The position numbers and the translations under genes were made by a program. Source: Moniliella sp. 'wahieum' (lineage: Eukaryota). From it: a stretch of 64,000 nt of DNA. The stretch lies in the NCBI GenBank assembly GCA_003971905.1, contig RSEE01000046.1, forward strand, positions 372,001 to 436,000. Direction: 5' to 3'. Shown here piece after piece: positions 1-12,653 of this stretch. The notes under the pieces were generated by a model that saw only the letters and a list, made by a program, of their open reading frames with translations, searched no databases and was not told where the DNA came from. Each line of letters begins with the position of its first letter. Positions within the stretch are counted from its first letter, which is position 1.

Positions 1-2431
1 GCGTGAACGCGAGCAAAGCCAGCCGCAACTCCCTGGTGCCGAGCCCGGGTCGCTGGGACCCCGAAGGGTGGTGCGAATGCTCCGTACAACGCTCATTGAA
101 ACCAAGGGATCGACGCGTAAGACGACGGCAATGGCGGTGCAGGTCAAGGCACACCGCCCTTTCGGTAAGGCTAGGGTGCGGGAGAAGGCGATGGTGGGGC
201 AGAACATCTAAGTGGGAACGCAACTAATCCCGAGATGGTTTAAACGTTTAACATTTAAAGCACCCAAACAGGATTTCAATTTTATAATTCTTTTCTTCCT
301 GACGAGGAGGCACGGGGCCTAATACGGCCCGGTCAGCTGGACTTTCGCCCCAGCCTGGTGTGCTCGGCCACCGTCGCCCCTGTAACCACCGTTCCACCGT
401 CGCCACCATGGCCACCTTTTGTGACGCCACACTGGTGTAGTGGCGCCGGTAGCCCAAGTCCGGAACCTTCTGGTTTGTTCCGTGCAATATTCTTTCCTGG
501 CGGACAGGAATATTCCCTAGCCTCTATAGCTCATGTGCAATGCAATACACTACCAACTACCTGCTCTCTGGTCTATAAGAGGTTATCGAGCCAGTTTCTT
601 TCCGTATGAGCACCGGTATATGAACGCTCGTTCTCAAGGACCAGCTGACATCTACCCAAGCGACTACCTGCCAGCGCGTCGCATGCACCAAGAGCAGGAA
701 AATCCCTTGCCGGGCAACGCCATTATGAGCACTAGCCCCGCACCCTCGCCGAGCGCCATCCATGGCGCCTCCGCGCTCCATTGTCGCCACAGTTTCGACC
801 GTTCCACCGGTCCACCGTTCCACGATGGGCAAAATATATCACCCATCCCCTGGCTGTCGGTTTAGGCGCAGAGTTGGTTTGTTCCAGCAGCCTTAAGCTC
901 AGTCAATGATATGGCTGCAGAATACAGTTCAGTTTTCGCAACGGTCTGCAGGGGGTCATAGTGACCGCCAAGGGCTGAAACCGCATATATCTCGTCTTTG
1001 AGGCTGGGCCAGCCGGCTGTGGGGATGGGGAAGTGCACAAACGAAGACTTGCAAAAAAAAACCGTTTTCACAGGGAACGGCCAAAAAACAGTTTTCGCAT
1101 CGAGCTGCACGGAAGCATTTTTGAGCAGCGGAAGCGCGCGTTCCCTTCCAGACGGATGGGATGGGAGAGGGGTCTCCCGCTTATCCGCCACTTCCAACAA
1201 CTGTGTTTCGAAACGTGTCAAGAGTTTGTCCCCCTCTCCCGCTATCGGAGCTCACTTTTTAGTTCATACCCTTCCGGACGCATTTTTGCCCCAAGGAAAC
1301 GTACGTCCCGCCCAGAAGTCTGGGAGAGGGCTTATCCGGTTAGGCCTTTGGATTTCCCCCTACTCAAGTACGCAAAACGAGTCACTTTTGGTCGCCATCG
1401 TCTCCTATCTGTCCTGCTTCCTGCCGTTGTGCGGAGCGATACGCACGTGACGCGCGTGACGCTGGATGATTAACAGCTGATTAATGATTCTCGGCGGCTG
1501 TTCGGGCGACGAAGAGTGGCGCGTGACGTGCGACGCGTGACGAACGATGCGTTGGAAGGTTGAAGCTGTCTTGAAGACATCCGTGTCTGCTGACCAAGAT
1601 CCTCCGGTCAGCGCCAGCGCTGAGCCTCAGCTGAGCTCTGGTCAGCGCGTCAGCCTGACTGCTGCCCCAGGCTAAACCGTGAGAATCTGCGAGAGGAACC
1701 AGAGGAGAGACGCTCGTGGTAGCGCAGCTGGGAGGTTGATGCTGGTACGGGGGCATGGTGAGAGTCTGTCCTGGTGTTCGCGCGTTTCTGGCCAGGCCTC
1801 CTGCTGAGGCCCTGTGTGACCCTGAGGCGGCCTGAGGCCCTGAAGCCCCTGAGGCCCGCAAACCTTTTTTTAGCAAGCCGCGTCCTGCCGTCAGGAGTAT
1901 TACGTCGATGCCACGTGCAATGTACCGGCGCCCAGCTGTTCGCACCAAGTACCAAGTGCGAGTGATTAATGAAGCTGAAGCTTGAAGACGACTAAGTACC
2001 ACCCGGCGAACAGGAAGCGCGTGGGCCTCACGTGTCAGTCTGACGCCTCTCGCGCGTGGGCCATGAGGCCTGGGCCTGAGGAGGCCGAAGAGGGCCGAAG
2101 CCCCCAAGCGTCCAAGCCCTCTGCGGCCTGAGGTCTGAGAGGTCCTGAGTCCATCCAACACATTTTGACGCGGCACGCCCTGGCGCGCCTCGGCCGCAAC
2201 GAAGATCTTGGCTGGTGGGAATTCCAGCCTATGCCAGCTAACAAAGTGAGACCTTCGAGTAGCCAGGTTGGTGCCTTGGCTTGCAGTCACTGGTCACTAG
2301 TAGTCAGTCACTCGTCCGCGTCACTAGGCACTCGCGTCACTTGGTGATAGACCTGGTGCCACAGCTGGGCGCGAAGGTTCTGCCTCACCACCACCACCTC
2401 TAGCACCGCCCGCTGCTGCTGGTCACCACCG

Positions 2432-5126
2432 ATGTCTACCTCCGCTGCTCCTGCGGATACGCGCGGGCTAGCTCCCACTGCCGATGCCAAGGGCAAGGGC
2501 AAGGCCTCGGCCAAGGAAGAGAAGGCCCCGCAGTTTGCCGACTATGGCTCGGGGGACATGAGCAAGCGCATTGGCCGCGCCAAGGCTGCCGCTGACCTGG
2601 CCGATGCTCGCCGCGCTGCCGAGGCCGCAGGCAGGGCACTGTCATCTTCCCTTGGTCATCGACGGAGTACACCGTCTCCAATGGCGCCAAGGTCTGGGCT
2701 CCCGATCTGCACTGGGCCATTCAGGTCTCTTCATCGTTCGTATCGCCAGCTTCGCTCCGTGTCCTGGCTGATAGCGACGAGGTGCTCAACTATTGGGATC
2801 CCCTCTTTGCCCTCATGCGTGGGGGGTGTATACAAAGGACAACACACCCTTTCAAGGCATGGGAGTACGACTCGAACTTTGCCCTGCGCTCGTGGGCGTA
2901 CCTGCTCCAATTCCTGCCCCTGCGTCCGTATGCAGCTGGGTTTGATATGCCCGACCAGAACGTGTTATTACGCTCCGCGCCTTCCTTGCCTTCCTCTCAG
3001 CCTTGGGGAAGGGTTCCTCTACCAATCGACACGCGCAATTCTGGGCAACGAGTGGCCAGTACCTTCTGGTCATCCTCTTTGCCAATGCTGCTCTTTGACG
3101 CGGCTCCCGGTACGTCGTTCTTGATCACCTTATCTCTGGATCCTGTTGTTGACCTGTCCCTGCTCAGCCTTGCTACCTTTCGTATGCTATGTATTTTGTT
3201 ACATTTGCCTGGCTGCCTCCTGCGCCCTGCAGATGGCCCGCCTTTTGCCAATGGCAGTGCGGGCGGCAACTCAAAGTCGTCTTTGCCTTGCCATTGGCGG
3301 TATCCTCGGTTTGGCCTTTTGCTGCGGTCTTGATCCTCCTTTGTGGCAGAAGAGTTGGTTCTACGTCCCATGCTGCTCGTCTATGCGCGCAACAACGTGG
3401 CCGAATTCGTTCCTGCTTCGCTGGTGCGGGTGTTCGTGTTGACCCTCGTTGGACTGCTTGCTGTAGTCATGGTAATCGTGCCTGCCACATTTGTCGACAC
3501 GCTCGCCTATGGCCGCACCGCGCTTGGTTCAGCCGACATTGTGCTCAAACCTCTTCCATCGCACTGGGCGACCTAGCTACCCTCCCCCCCCCGATGCCGA
3601 GTCGCCTTTGCGCTGGCTGGGTGTGTACGGCAGTCTGATCCAGCACCTCGTCCACAGTGCTGCCGGTTTGGCTTCGGTGCCCTCGAGTGCAGCAGGACCC
3701 AATCTGTACGGCATCGAGCCCGCCTCCTTCTACTCCGCACCTTGGCGCTCGGCTTTAAACATTCTTCTTCCTCTGGCATTGGGCTCTGTTCCCCTTGTTC
3801 TGGTTGCCGCTTGGGTTGATTCCCCGGGTCTTGGTCAACACCACCCCTGGCGGCCGAGGAAGTACTGTGGCTGTGCTCCTCATCCGACTCTCTGGCCCAT
3901 ACCTTTGGTTGGTGGTGTGGTGCTACTCCAGGCTCATAAGGAGGAACGATTCCTGTACCCGATCTACACGCTGCTTGCTTTCAACGGCGCGGTCGGTCTC
4001 TGGTTGCCTCCGCCTCTTTTCCGCTGCTTGGCCCAAGGTCTCGGCCTGTTGCAATCGCTATCCCCAGCGCCGCCTGAGCAGCCGCGCACCATTCTCGCCC
4101 CACCAAGGAAGAGAGGAGAGAGAGGGAAGCCCCCAAACCATGGTACAAAAAGTTGACCCCGACGCTCAAGTTCTCGTATGGTGTGTTGGCTGGTATGCGT
4201 TATTGAGCTGCTCGCGAGTGATGGGCGTGCGCAAGGGTACAACAGCGCTCAATCCATCCTGGCCCCCTGTGGGAGAGTGAGGCGCAAGCGGTGTGGCTGA
4301 GGCAGGGGTGGATGGTACCGAACTGGTTGCCGCCTTCTCAAGCCGAGGTGGCCAAGCTCCATGGCCTTACCCATCTCGAGGCGATCAACGAGGCGGCCTA
4401 CCTAGAGTATACTGGCGAGATGCGTCGCGTATTGGTGGCGCTGCTGGAGCGAGTCAACGACACATCAAGCTCGAATGGGCTTCGTGGTCCGCGCCGTACT
4501 GTGTGCTGGGGCGATGCGTGGCACCGGTACCCAAGCCGCTGGTTGCTTCCGCCGCACTTTGCGCCCGAATGGACGTGGAACTCGTACGAGCACCAACTCC
4601 CCGGCCACTTCCCACCCCAATCCGAAGCAACAACAGAGTGGCCAGAGTGGCCCACGTTCCAGCAAGACCCGTTGGCTGCCGGTCTTCTAGCCCGGGCCGA
4701 TCAGTATTGGCCCAACCCTGCGACGCGAGTGCAGGACGAATTGGCCAACGCCCTGAACGAGCCTGTGGAGGGCCGCACCATTCCCCGTGGGAGTGCGACT
4801 ACATTGTCGACACAGACTTTATCCCGTCCCGTGGGCCGGCAAACAAGTCATCCTCCGGTTCGGGGTGGTCCACCAAGTACGCATCGGACCACCGCGACCT
4901 ATTCACTACGGTCAAGTGCGACTTTCTGCTGGATCGGGATGCGACGGTCGCCCCCGAGGGAAGCAGCCTGTTTGCGCGTGCTGGCGGCCGCGTTTGGTCG
5001 TGCATTCTTCATTCCCTTCCAGAGGAGATCTTGGGTCCCTTTGCGCGCAAGTGGGCAGACATTTGCCTTCTCAAGCGTGTGGCGGATGAACCAGCGGTGC
5101 GCACTCGGTTCGTCCCTCAAGTGTAA
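2432..5126 (+). CDS. ALG9: Alpha-1,2-mannosyltransferase ALG9 (GT22), frameshifted in assembly
   Basis: Motifs stitched across frames: D-S-D-E-V-L-NYWDPL, FKAWEYDSNFALRSWAY, QAHKEERFLYPIY, VCWGDAWHRYPSRWLLP, QLPGHF, ECDYIVD. These match Alg9 signatures (DCDEVFNYWEP, WEYSPxYALRSW, HKEERF, CVGKEWHRFPS). Multiple hydrophobic segments. Confidence 0.9.
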
Positions 5127-5361
5127 CGCTTCAAAGTGGAAGGGTCCGAGAAATGGTGATCCCTCTTTCCGCCGACCTTGCCGTCTCAAAGGACGAAAAA
5201 AACAGTTCGACATCTTGCAATTGTGCTGCGTTTCTCCATAACTACTATCTGATGCAATCATCTATTCTCTCTCGCCTCACGATGCCCTACGTAAATTGGC
5301 AGTATCATCTTCCCATTCTAGCCATGCGTTACTGGGTGGAACGCCTGGGAATAGATGGATT

Positions 5362-6532
5362 TCATGCCTCCTCGCCAGCCAGCTCATCGTCCAGCGAAGG
5401 AGCAGCAACTCGGCGGTAAGCAGCAAAGTACTTTTGCCCCTTGTTTCGAGCCACCTTCTGACCCTCTTCCGTTGCATCGTAGATGGCCTTGACGCAGGGG
5501 TCGTCCCTGAGGTCCTCGTCAGGGATGCGCTCAAAGAGAGGGAATGCGTCAAGATGACCCTTCATCCACTTGTGCAGATCCAAGACGTCGGTAATGGTGT
5601 ACAAGATTCCGTCGCCAGGGCGAAGAACATAGGCGTACTCGGCCAGCAGGGTGGAGGAGATGATACGGGCCTTGTGCTTGCGCTGTTTGAAGTGTGGATC
5701 GGGGAAGAGGAAGAACATCTTGGTCAGTTGCCCGGGCGCAAAAAAGTTGGGCATGAATTTCATGCAGTTGGCTCGGATGGCCGAAATGTTGCGGTAGCCG
5801 CCCGGCACATCGCCTGCGCGAGCCACCAGCGCCTCCATGGCTTCCCGCTCATTCGCCTCTTCCGCCTCCTCATCCTCCTCCGTAGTAGCAGCCTGTTTGG
5901 CCTTGGGCTTGGACATCTTGCGTGACTTTTTGCCTACGCGAGCATCCGATTTGGGCTCTTCTTCCTTCTGATCCTCCGCCTCCGCCTGGTCCAGCACCTG
6001 CATCGCCGTATCCTCCTGGCCCTCTTGCCCAGTACCATTGCCCGAGCGAGCAGCAGCAAGACGCAACGCCCGCGCCTTGTACCAAACGTAATCAGCCACT
6101 TGCTGCCGGATCTCCATCCCGATCATCAGCGAATCCGGAAAGAGAGGCGCAAGGGCAATCAGCAGCCCGCCATACCCACACCCAATATCGGCAAACTCTA
6201 CGGCGCGGTCAAGCTCAGCGGGCGTTTGACCCGGCGCACTCACCACCGCTGCAGGGTAATGCGGGCCCCAGTCCATCGTGCTGGGCTGAGAAGGGTATTG
6301 AAGCTGGTGGTCGCTAAACGGGTTGGCGTGTGCGCGTTGTCGGAACCAACGTTTCTGCGGGATGACAATCTTGTTGCCGGCGCGAACGTTGAGGTGGGCC
6401 GAGTGCTGCTTCTCCTGCTCACGGAAAAAGTGCGCTTGGTCCTCCTCCTTTGTGCTCCGACGAAGCATATCGCCCGCCTTGCGCTTCTTATTCCGCTGGC
6501 ATCGGTGGGGGGGGGGCGCTTGGCGCGGACAT
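5362..6532 (-). CDS. TRM8: tRNA (guanine-N7)-methyltransferase catalytic subunit
   Basis: ORF 5362..6468 contains PQKRWFRQRAHANPFSDH, FADIGCGYGGLL, GMEIR, FFLFPDPHFKQRKHKARIIS and TEEGQKVARN. The probable true ATG is at 6532 and joins through an indel in a G-homopolymer. Confidence 0.95.
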
Positions 6533-6782
6533 GGCCGTTTGGATGGGCGGTGCGGTGCCGTTTTCCTGCGCCGCTACGAGAAGGTGGGGGGGGAGGAGCC
6601 GCGCTGGTCCCGTCGTCTTGGCCCCGTTTCAAAAAAAAGGCCGGGGCGGAAATAGGCCGCAGCGGAAACGTCGGGCGGGCCATTGGGAGCGCCATGAAGC
6701 GACTAGCGCTTCTCCTCTTGCCCTCCCTAGCCCTTCCTTGCTTGTACAAGCTCGTCTTGGACGACCGGGCCGCCACCCCATC

Positions 6783-7478
6783 ATGTCGCAGCTCTGTTCC
6801 TTTCACGCCCGTGACCTTCTCCTTCAACAATGTCAACCTCGACAACTGGACCGAGACGTACAACACCTCCTTCTACCTGCACTACCTCAGCCAATGGCCC
6901 GATCTGTCTTTCATCCAGCGCTCGCCCACTGGACGCACGATGGGCTACGTGATTGGAAAGGCGAAGGGGTAGACCATGGCCCCAACGCTCCGCCCAAGGA
7001 ACGGCACGGCCATGTGACAGCCATCACCATTGCTCCGGAGTACCGTCGGATCGGTCTGGCAGAACGGATGATGCGTCTGCTGGAGGACATTAGTGCGCGT
7101 GTGTACCATGCCTACTTTGTCGATCTCTTCGTCAGGCCGTCCAATTCAACAGCGGTCAACTTTTACGAAAAGTTGGGCTACTCAGTGTACCGCACCGTGA
7201 CGGAGTATTATTCTGGTGGAGGCAAGGGCAACTCGGATGAGGATGCATTTGGTACGTGCCTAGCTTTCCCCCCCTTGTGACATGTGTCGTTAGCTTGGTG
7301 CAAGAAAGTGGACTGACGGTACCCCGGTCTTTGGTTCCCCAGATATGCGCAAGGCCTTACCACGAGACGAGAAGAAAGAGACGGTCCGAGCAATGGTCGA
7401 CAAGTCGCTGTGAATCCTAGGTACGTACGCTCATTGGAGTCCGCTAGTGGCCCTCCTTTTCACAGCGGGACCGATTGA
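6783..7478 (+). CDS. NAT3: NatB N-terminal acetyltransferase catalytic subunit (Naa20)
   Basis: FNNVNLDNWTETY, YLSQWPDL, GYVIGKA, HGHVTAITIAPEYRRIGLA, FVDLFVRPSN, YEKLGYSVYRTVTEYY, EDAF|DMRKAL. Introns at about 7252-7342 and 7421-7465 (GTACGT..AG). Confidence 0.93.
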
Positions 7479-8290
7479 ACTGACTTGGAATGCGTTTTTA
7501 GAGAGACAGTCTTTGTACCAGCTAGGCGATTTGAACGATGATGGCGGTAATGCAGCGATGGGATTTCTCCATGTGCCATCAGTCTCGCTTCATGCAATGC
7601 GCTATCCGCCATCCTTTCCAGCCCCAACATACCCCTCTCTCTAAGCCTCTGCAAGTACCTTTGACCATATAACAAGGTGGTTGAGGCAACCCATGTTAGT
7701 GCCGCCCGTGTGGGCACGATGAGAGGGGGGAGGCAGATAAACTCGCTGTCACATGCTTGTCAGTTGAATCTCGTGTTTTAGTAGCCTAGGCCACTTAGCT
7801 TACCTCCTTTCGAAGTGTCGCGTACGGCCGGACGAAGCAGGGCCACATGCGCCAGGCTTTGGGTGGGCCCAGAGGGTATCCTAGACGCCGCCCAACATGT
7901 GTGGGGGGGGGTAATAGAAAGCAGGCGAAAGCGCGGGCTGTGCGTGCGGTGGGGTAGGAGGCGCAAGGCAGGCGCATGGGGGCACTGTGTCTACGCCCCT
8001 CGGCCCTGCTGGCCCTGCCGCGCCCAGCCGTCCCCAGCCTGCGCCGAAGCCCCCACCAGCAGGCACTACTATGGCCATATCAACCACATCAGTAACTTTA
8101 TTACTCCGCCTGTGTCTCCCCTGCCCTCGGGAGATGGCCAGCGCCAATGCGCAATCGCAATGCGCCAACACACCCCCCCCACGGAGGCACCGGCTGCATC
8201 TGTTGGCAGGTATGTACGGCCAGTATGCCCGTCTGGATAGCCTATTATATCATCAGCAACAGGTTGATGGCATAGCCAAACACCTGCGTG

Positions 8291-8381
8291 TATATATAGA
8301 CCCCCCTCCCACCCGCTGTCGCCTCTCCCCACCTCATCCACTCTCTTCCCTGTGTCTCTGTGGCACTTCCAAGCACTCTCA

Positions 8382-8412
<31 letters not shown>

Positions 8413-8415
8413 GCC
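8291..8415 (+). promoter_or_regulatory. TATA-like box followed by pyrimidine-rich / (CT)n leader
   Basis: TATATATAGA at 8291 and a (CT)n tract at about 8377-8412, directly upstream of the ATG at 8416. Confidence 0.5.
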
Positions 8416-9165
8416 ATGCGCACCTTCTCCATCACCACCGCCGCCCTCGGCTCCTTGGCCCTGACCACAGGCGCCCTGGCCCAGCAACCCTCTGACGATC
8501 AACACCCCCGGACAGACGGTGCTCACGTGCGTCCCCCTTCTCATCACCTGGAGCGGAGGCCAAGGCCCTTACTACCTCAACGTCAACCAAGGGGAACCAC
8601 CTCCAACATGATTGAGTCGCTTATCTCCAACCAGGATGTAACCCAATTCACCTGGATTGTCAACCTACCCCACAGAGCATTACCCTGGCCATCAGCGACG
8701 CTACTGGCGCCCAGCAATACACTCACCCTTCGACATCCAATCGGGCCCGACCCATTGCCTGGATGCTACTACGTCTGCCACGGCCGCCTCGTCGTTACCG
8801 ACATCGAGCACGGTAATCGCGCCGTCATCCACATCCTCTGAAGTCCCTAGCTCCACCCCCTGCAACTCCAACAAGCAGTTCGACTCACACGTCCAGCTCG
8901 CGCTCTGAATCGGCCTCACCCTCTGCATCTGCATCTGCCTCGGCCTCTGCCTCTTCGGGCAGCTCAGCAGCGAGCATCCTCCCCAACAGCAGCTCTACCA
9001 GCCAGTCGAGGTTTCCCCTTTGCCTCCTGTATGCGATTGGTGTGTTGAGCGAGGAACTAACGAGCTTTTTCTGTGTCTGATCCCCCATATAGCGCCGGCA
9101 CGAGGTTGTCGGTCCCCTTTCTGACTCTGCTGGGCGGGGCTAGCCTGGCGGCCAGTTTACTGTAA
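8416..9165 (+). CDS. Secreted Ser/Thr-rich, probably GPI-anchored cell-surface protein
   Basis: Signal peptide MRTFSITTAALGSLALTTGALA. Domain pieces TINTP, LTCVP, ITWSGGQGPYYL and FTWIVNLP resemble a common basidiomycete secreted family. Ser/Thr stalk, intron with ACTAAC branch and TAG at about 9092, and hydrophobic tail AGTRLSVPFLTLLGGASLAASLL*. Confidence 0.75.
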
Positions 9166-10091
9166 ATATACCAAGAGAGGATCGGTATATACCCGGTTTT
9201 TGTTTTTGTTATCTATACTACCTTCAAGATGGAGGGGTTAACTGCCTCTGAGGCGTGATGACATCAAGATCCTGATACCCTCTTCGCCTCCCACTTCTTT
9301 GCCCTTTTGTTTATACCCTTACTCCTTGCATTGCTTTGCATGAGATAATGATGATGAGACGGATGTCGATGATGAAGAGATGAATTTGTGTTCCGTCACA
9401 ACAGATCCACTAGTTGTTACGCCTCCCGTTGGACGGATCCCCATTTGATGAACGTGATGAACCTCCTTTCCTTTTGTGTTTTTTTTTTTTGCCCCTCCCC
9501 TCTGACTTGAATCCACACGCACATACCTTGTACATGCAACCCGTTGCGTCCCCCCGCCTCTCTCACCAATAGTACTTTTTTCTTCTTCATCCTCCTTCCT
9601 ACTTCTGAGGCGAAATGCCTGGTGATGCTGAGGTTGTTTCTGCAAAGGTCGGTCTCGAGAGGGAAACTGGGCAACTGCTGTACGGTGCATTTAGCCCCAC
9701 CAATGTCTTCCTTGCTGTTAACGGCGCCGGGTCCATTTACATGTAGCCAGTACGCTCTCATCTGGAGTGCCAGTCGTTCTCCTTCTCTCGGTTCTCTGCA
9801 GCTTACACCCACTCAACCAGCGCGATCGTGGCTATTACGCCTCCTCTGATATTGTGTTTGTGGTAGCCTCCAACCCATTCATGCACGCGGTGAAGGCGGT
9901 GCAAGACAAAAGAGAAATAGCCGAACGAGGACGCAGGTCAAAGTGGAACGGGAAAGACGCAATCATGGAGCACGGGCGGCAATCTATCTTCGCTCTTTAG
10001 CCACCTCAGGCCCATCCCACTACACACACACACATATATATACACAGTACTACCAGAGTCGGAGCGATGCGATTCCAAAGGCCAGACCGGC

Positions 10092-11553
10092 TTAGTCCGA
10101 GTCGTCGGACACGATGTAAGTTGGGCTGCGTTTCCGATCGCTGCCACCATGTGAGAAGCATCCGGCGCGGTGCGTTTCGTCGAGTTGCGCAGGCTACCCA
10201 GCGTTCGGCCCTCTCCTTCAAACGGCGCAGAAGAGCTGCTGGCAGCCGTAGCGAGGCAGGCTTGGGAGGCGGTTTCAGCGGCCTCGGGGCTCGGCCGGAC
10301 AACGTTTGCCCAACACCAGAAAATGTGATGCGCCGCTCGCCTTCCAACGCTTCATCTGGTTCGTTGCCCTCGCCAGCATCAGGCGGGATGTAGGGGTACC
10401 CAAAGAACAGTCGCCCAAACTCCAGCTCAAGTGCTTGGGGATTTTCTTTCCTCAAGCAGTGTGTCATTGGTCACAATGTTTTGTTCGGTTCGACGCACCA
10501 CACTTGGCTCGACAGGCTCCGTATCCCGGTTCTTGGACTTGCGCGGCTTGCGGCCGACAAGGTCTGCCCGGCCCTGAAACGAGAGCGTGGCGCCTGCTGA
10601 CCCAGCGCCGTGCCCGTTCCCCCTGAACCATCGGGCGTGATGGTATCGGCCGCCTCGGTATCAATCTTCATGCTCGCCATTGTGGGCGGAGGTGTGCGCA
10701 CCCGAGGCGGAGGCTCTACGTACCCTTTCGGCGCAGCAAAGCAACCTCCAAGTCTGTGTCGGTAATGGCAATGGCCGGTGCCTCGGGCTCAACCTTGAGG
10801 ATGAGCACTTCGAACGTGAGGCAATTGTACTTGAACTCAATAATGTCCGGGAGTAAGGGCCGAGTAATTGCGCAACGCCTGTTCCAGCACGGCTTTGGGA
10901 TCGGAAATCTCCAAAAAGTCAACGGTTTGCGGTTGAATCTTGACCAGTCGGCCCTTGGGAAGCGTCGTGCCCGTCACGCGAAGTCGGTCACCTCGTTGAG
11001 CCCCAAGGCTCGCATCTGCCATGCGGGAAGGTGCACGTTGCCCTCTTCGGCAATAAATTCCAGCACGCCCGCATAGCTCTCGCGCGTGTAGCGCACGGCT
11101 GCCCTCCGCCGTACGCCATGGCATGGCACTGGATTCAGCCGGGGTGCTGGTACCCGATGTAGAAGTCGCATCGGACGGCAGCGTATCCTTTGGTGGCACA
11201 GCAGGATTGGGGTTGCGCAACTTAAATAGCCACGGGCCCTCAATGTCGAGCTGAGTTAGCTCCGCAAGCGCGAGGGTGGCAGGATGACCTTGCCGCCAAA
11301 GACAACATTATCACGGTGCTCTTGACCAGCAAGCATGGCCATGCTGTATGCCGTGTAGTACTGGTCAAACGCAGAGGGGTGGGCACCAAAGCGCGAGTCA
11401 AACCCGCCAGCGGCGAGCTGACGCAGCTGATTAAAGCGGTCCATGCCGGGAGGCGGGGCGTGAACGGGTCGAAAGGAGAGCCACGGAACTAACGAAGAAG
11501 ATCAGTATGGAGATCCCGATGGCGGATGAGGGCAGAGAAGCAAGACGTACCAT
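10092..11553 (-). CDS. UFD1: Ubiquitin fusion degradation protein 1 (Cdc48 cofactor)
   Basis: FDQYYTAYSMAM, GGKVILPPS, YAGVLEFIAEEG, LPKGRLVKIQPQTVDFLEISDPKAVLEQALRNYSALT, ITDTDLEV, FSGVGQTLSG (SHP box), C-terminus YIVSDDSD*. ATG at 11553 is followed by intron 11489-11550. Confidence 0.93.
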
Positions 11554-12049
11554 GCTGGGGATGGGGTGGTGGTGGTGGTGGGGTGGTGGCGGCGGCGGCA
11601 GCGGGCTGGAGAGATCTGGTGAGGCATCCATCCCGCCTCGAGTGCTCCTCGCATCCCTGTGCATCAGCAGGCGTGGCCCCGGCGGAAGAGACAGCGGAAT
11701 TAATTGCGACGCCTGGCCTGCGATGCATGATGCTTCACTTGCAATGTTGAGTGTTGTGCAATTGCGGGGCAACCACACGCACGTGACCTCAACCGACTGC
11801 TTGGCATACGAGCTGTTTTGCCATGCCCAAGTGTTGCGACGTCGTACGCGGTGGGGTCTCCCCTCCCATCTAGATTGTTGGCATGTCCAATAGATCTGCT
11901 CTAGCGTTTCGCTTCTGCGTACCTAAAGCGTTGCCAAGGATAATACATGGCTGATTCGCAAGGAGGAGGAAAACAAACAGAGATATGCGTAGCCACCGGG
12001 AAGAAAATGTGTATGCAGAGGTGTCTGCGGGGCTGGACGTCGCCCCGCG

Positions 12050-12653
12050 TCACGGTGCGGCCTTTGACGCTGCGGACGGTGCCGTCATCGGGATTGGCCC
12101 GCCGGGTAAGGACCAACTTCGTGAGGATGAACTTGACCCCTCGGGCTAGTCGATGGTGAGCAACACGTCACGCATGTTGGCCCGTTCAGTCTGCATGGTC
12201 TTGCGGAAGTCTGTGGGGCCCATGGCAGCTTGTACGGAACAGGTGAAGGCCCAGGGTGAATGCGCTGGCGCGCAATGGAGTGAGAATAGCCTAAAGGATT
12301 CCTCTCCCAAAGCGAAGGGGGTTTCGATGTCACGGTCGAGGCATAAGTGTGCCGCCGTGGGGTACGGCAGGGGGGGGACGTGAGCAGATTGGGAGTCGGG
12401 GCTCAGCGGTCTGAGCGGAGGGAGAGAGACGTGGCCACTGGAAGATAGTCGGAGTCGGTGTAGTTGCGGTGTGCCCCCGGGGAATGGGAACATCGCCGCC
12501 GTCATCATCGCCCGTTAGGAATTCATCGTCGCGGAAACGTACGCTCTCGACAGGGTCGGAGCCCAGCCAGTGTCGCGATGAACTTGTAACAGCCATATTG
12601 GCTCTCAGTGGCGTTTGTAGTGACATGAATGCACTACCGAGTGCGGCTGACAT
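12050..12653 (-). CDS. Hypothetical protein (frameshifted)
   Basis: Three overlapping minus-strand ORF pieces (MSAALGSAF..., ...HLCLDRDIETPF...FRKTMQTERANMRDVLLTID, ...SKAAP*) read like one protein broken by indels. No family recognised. Confidence 0.4.
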
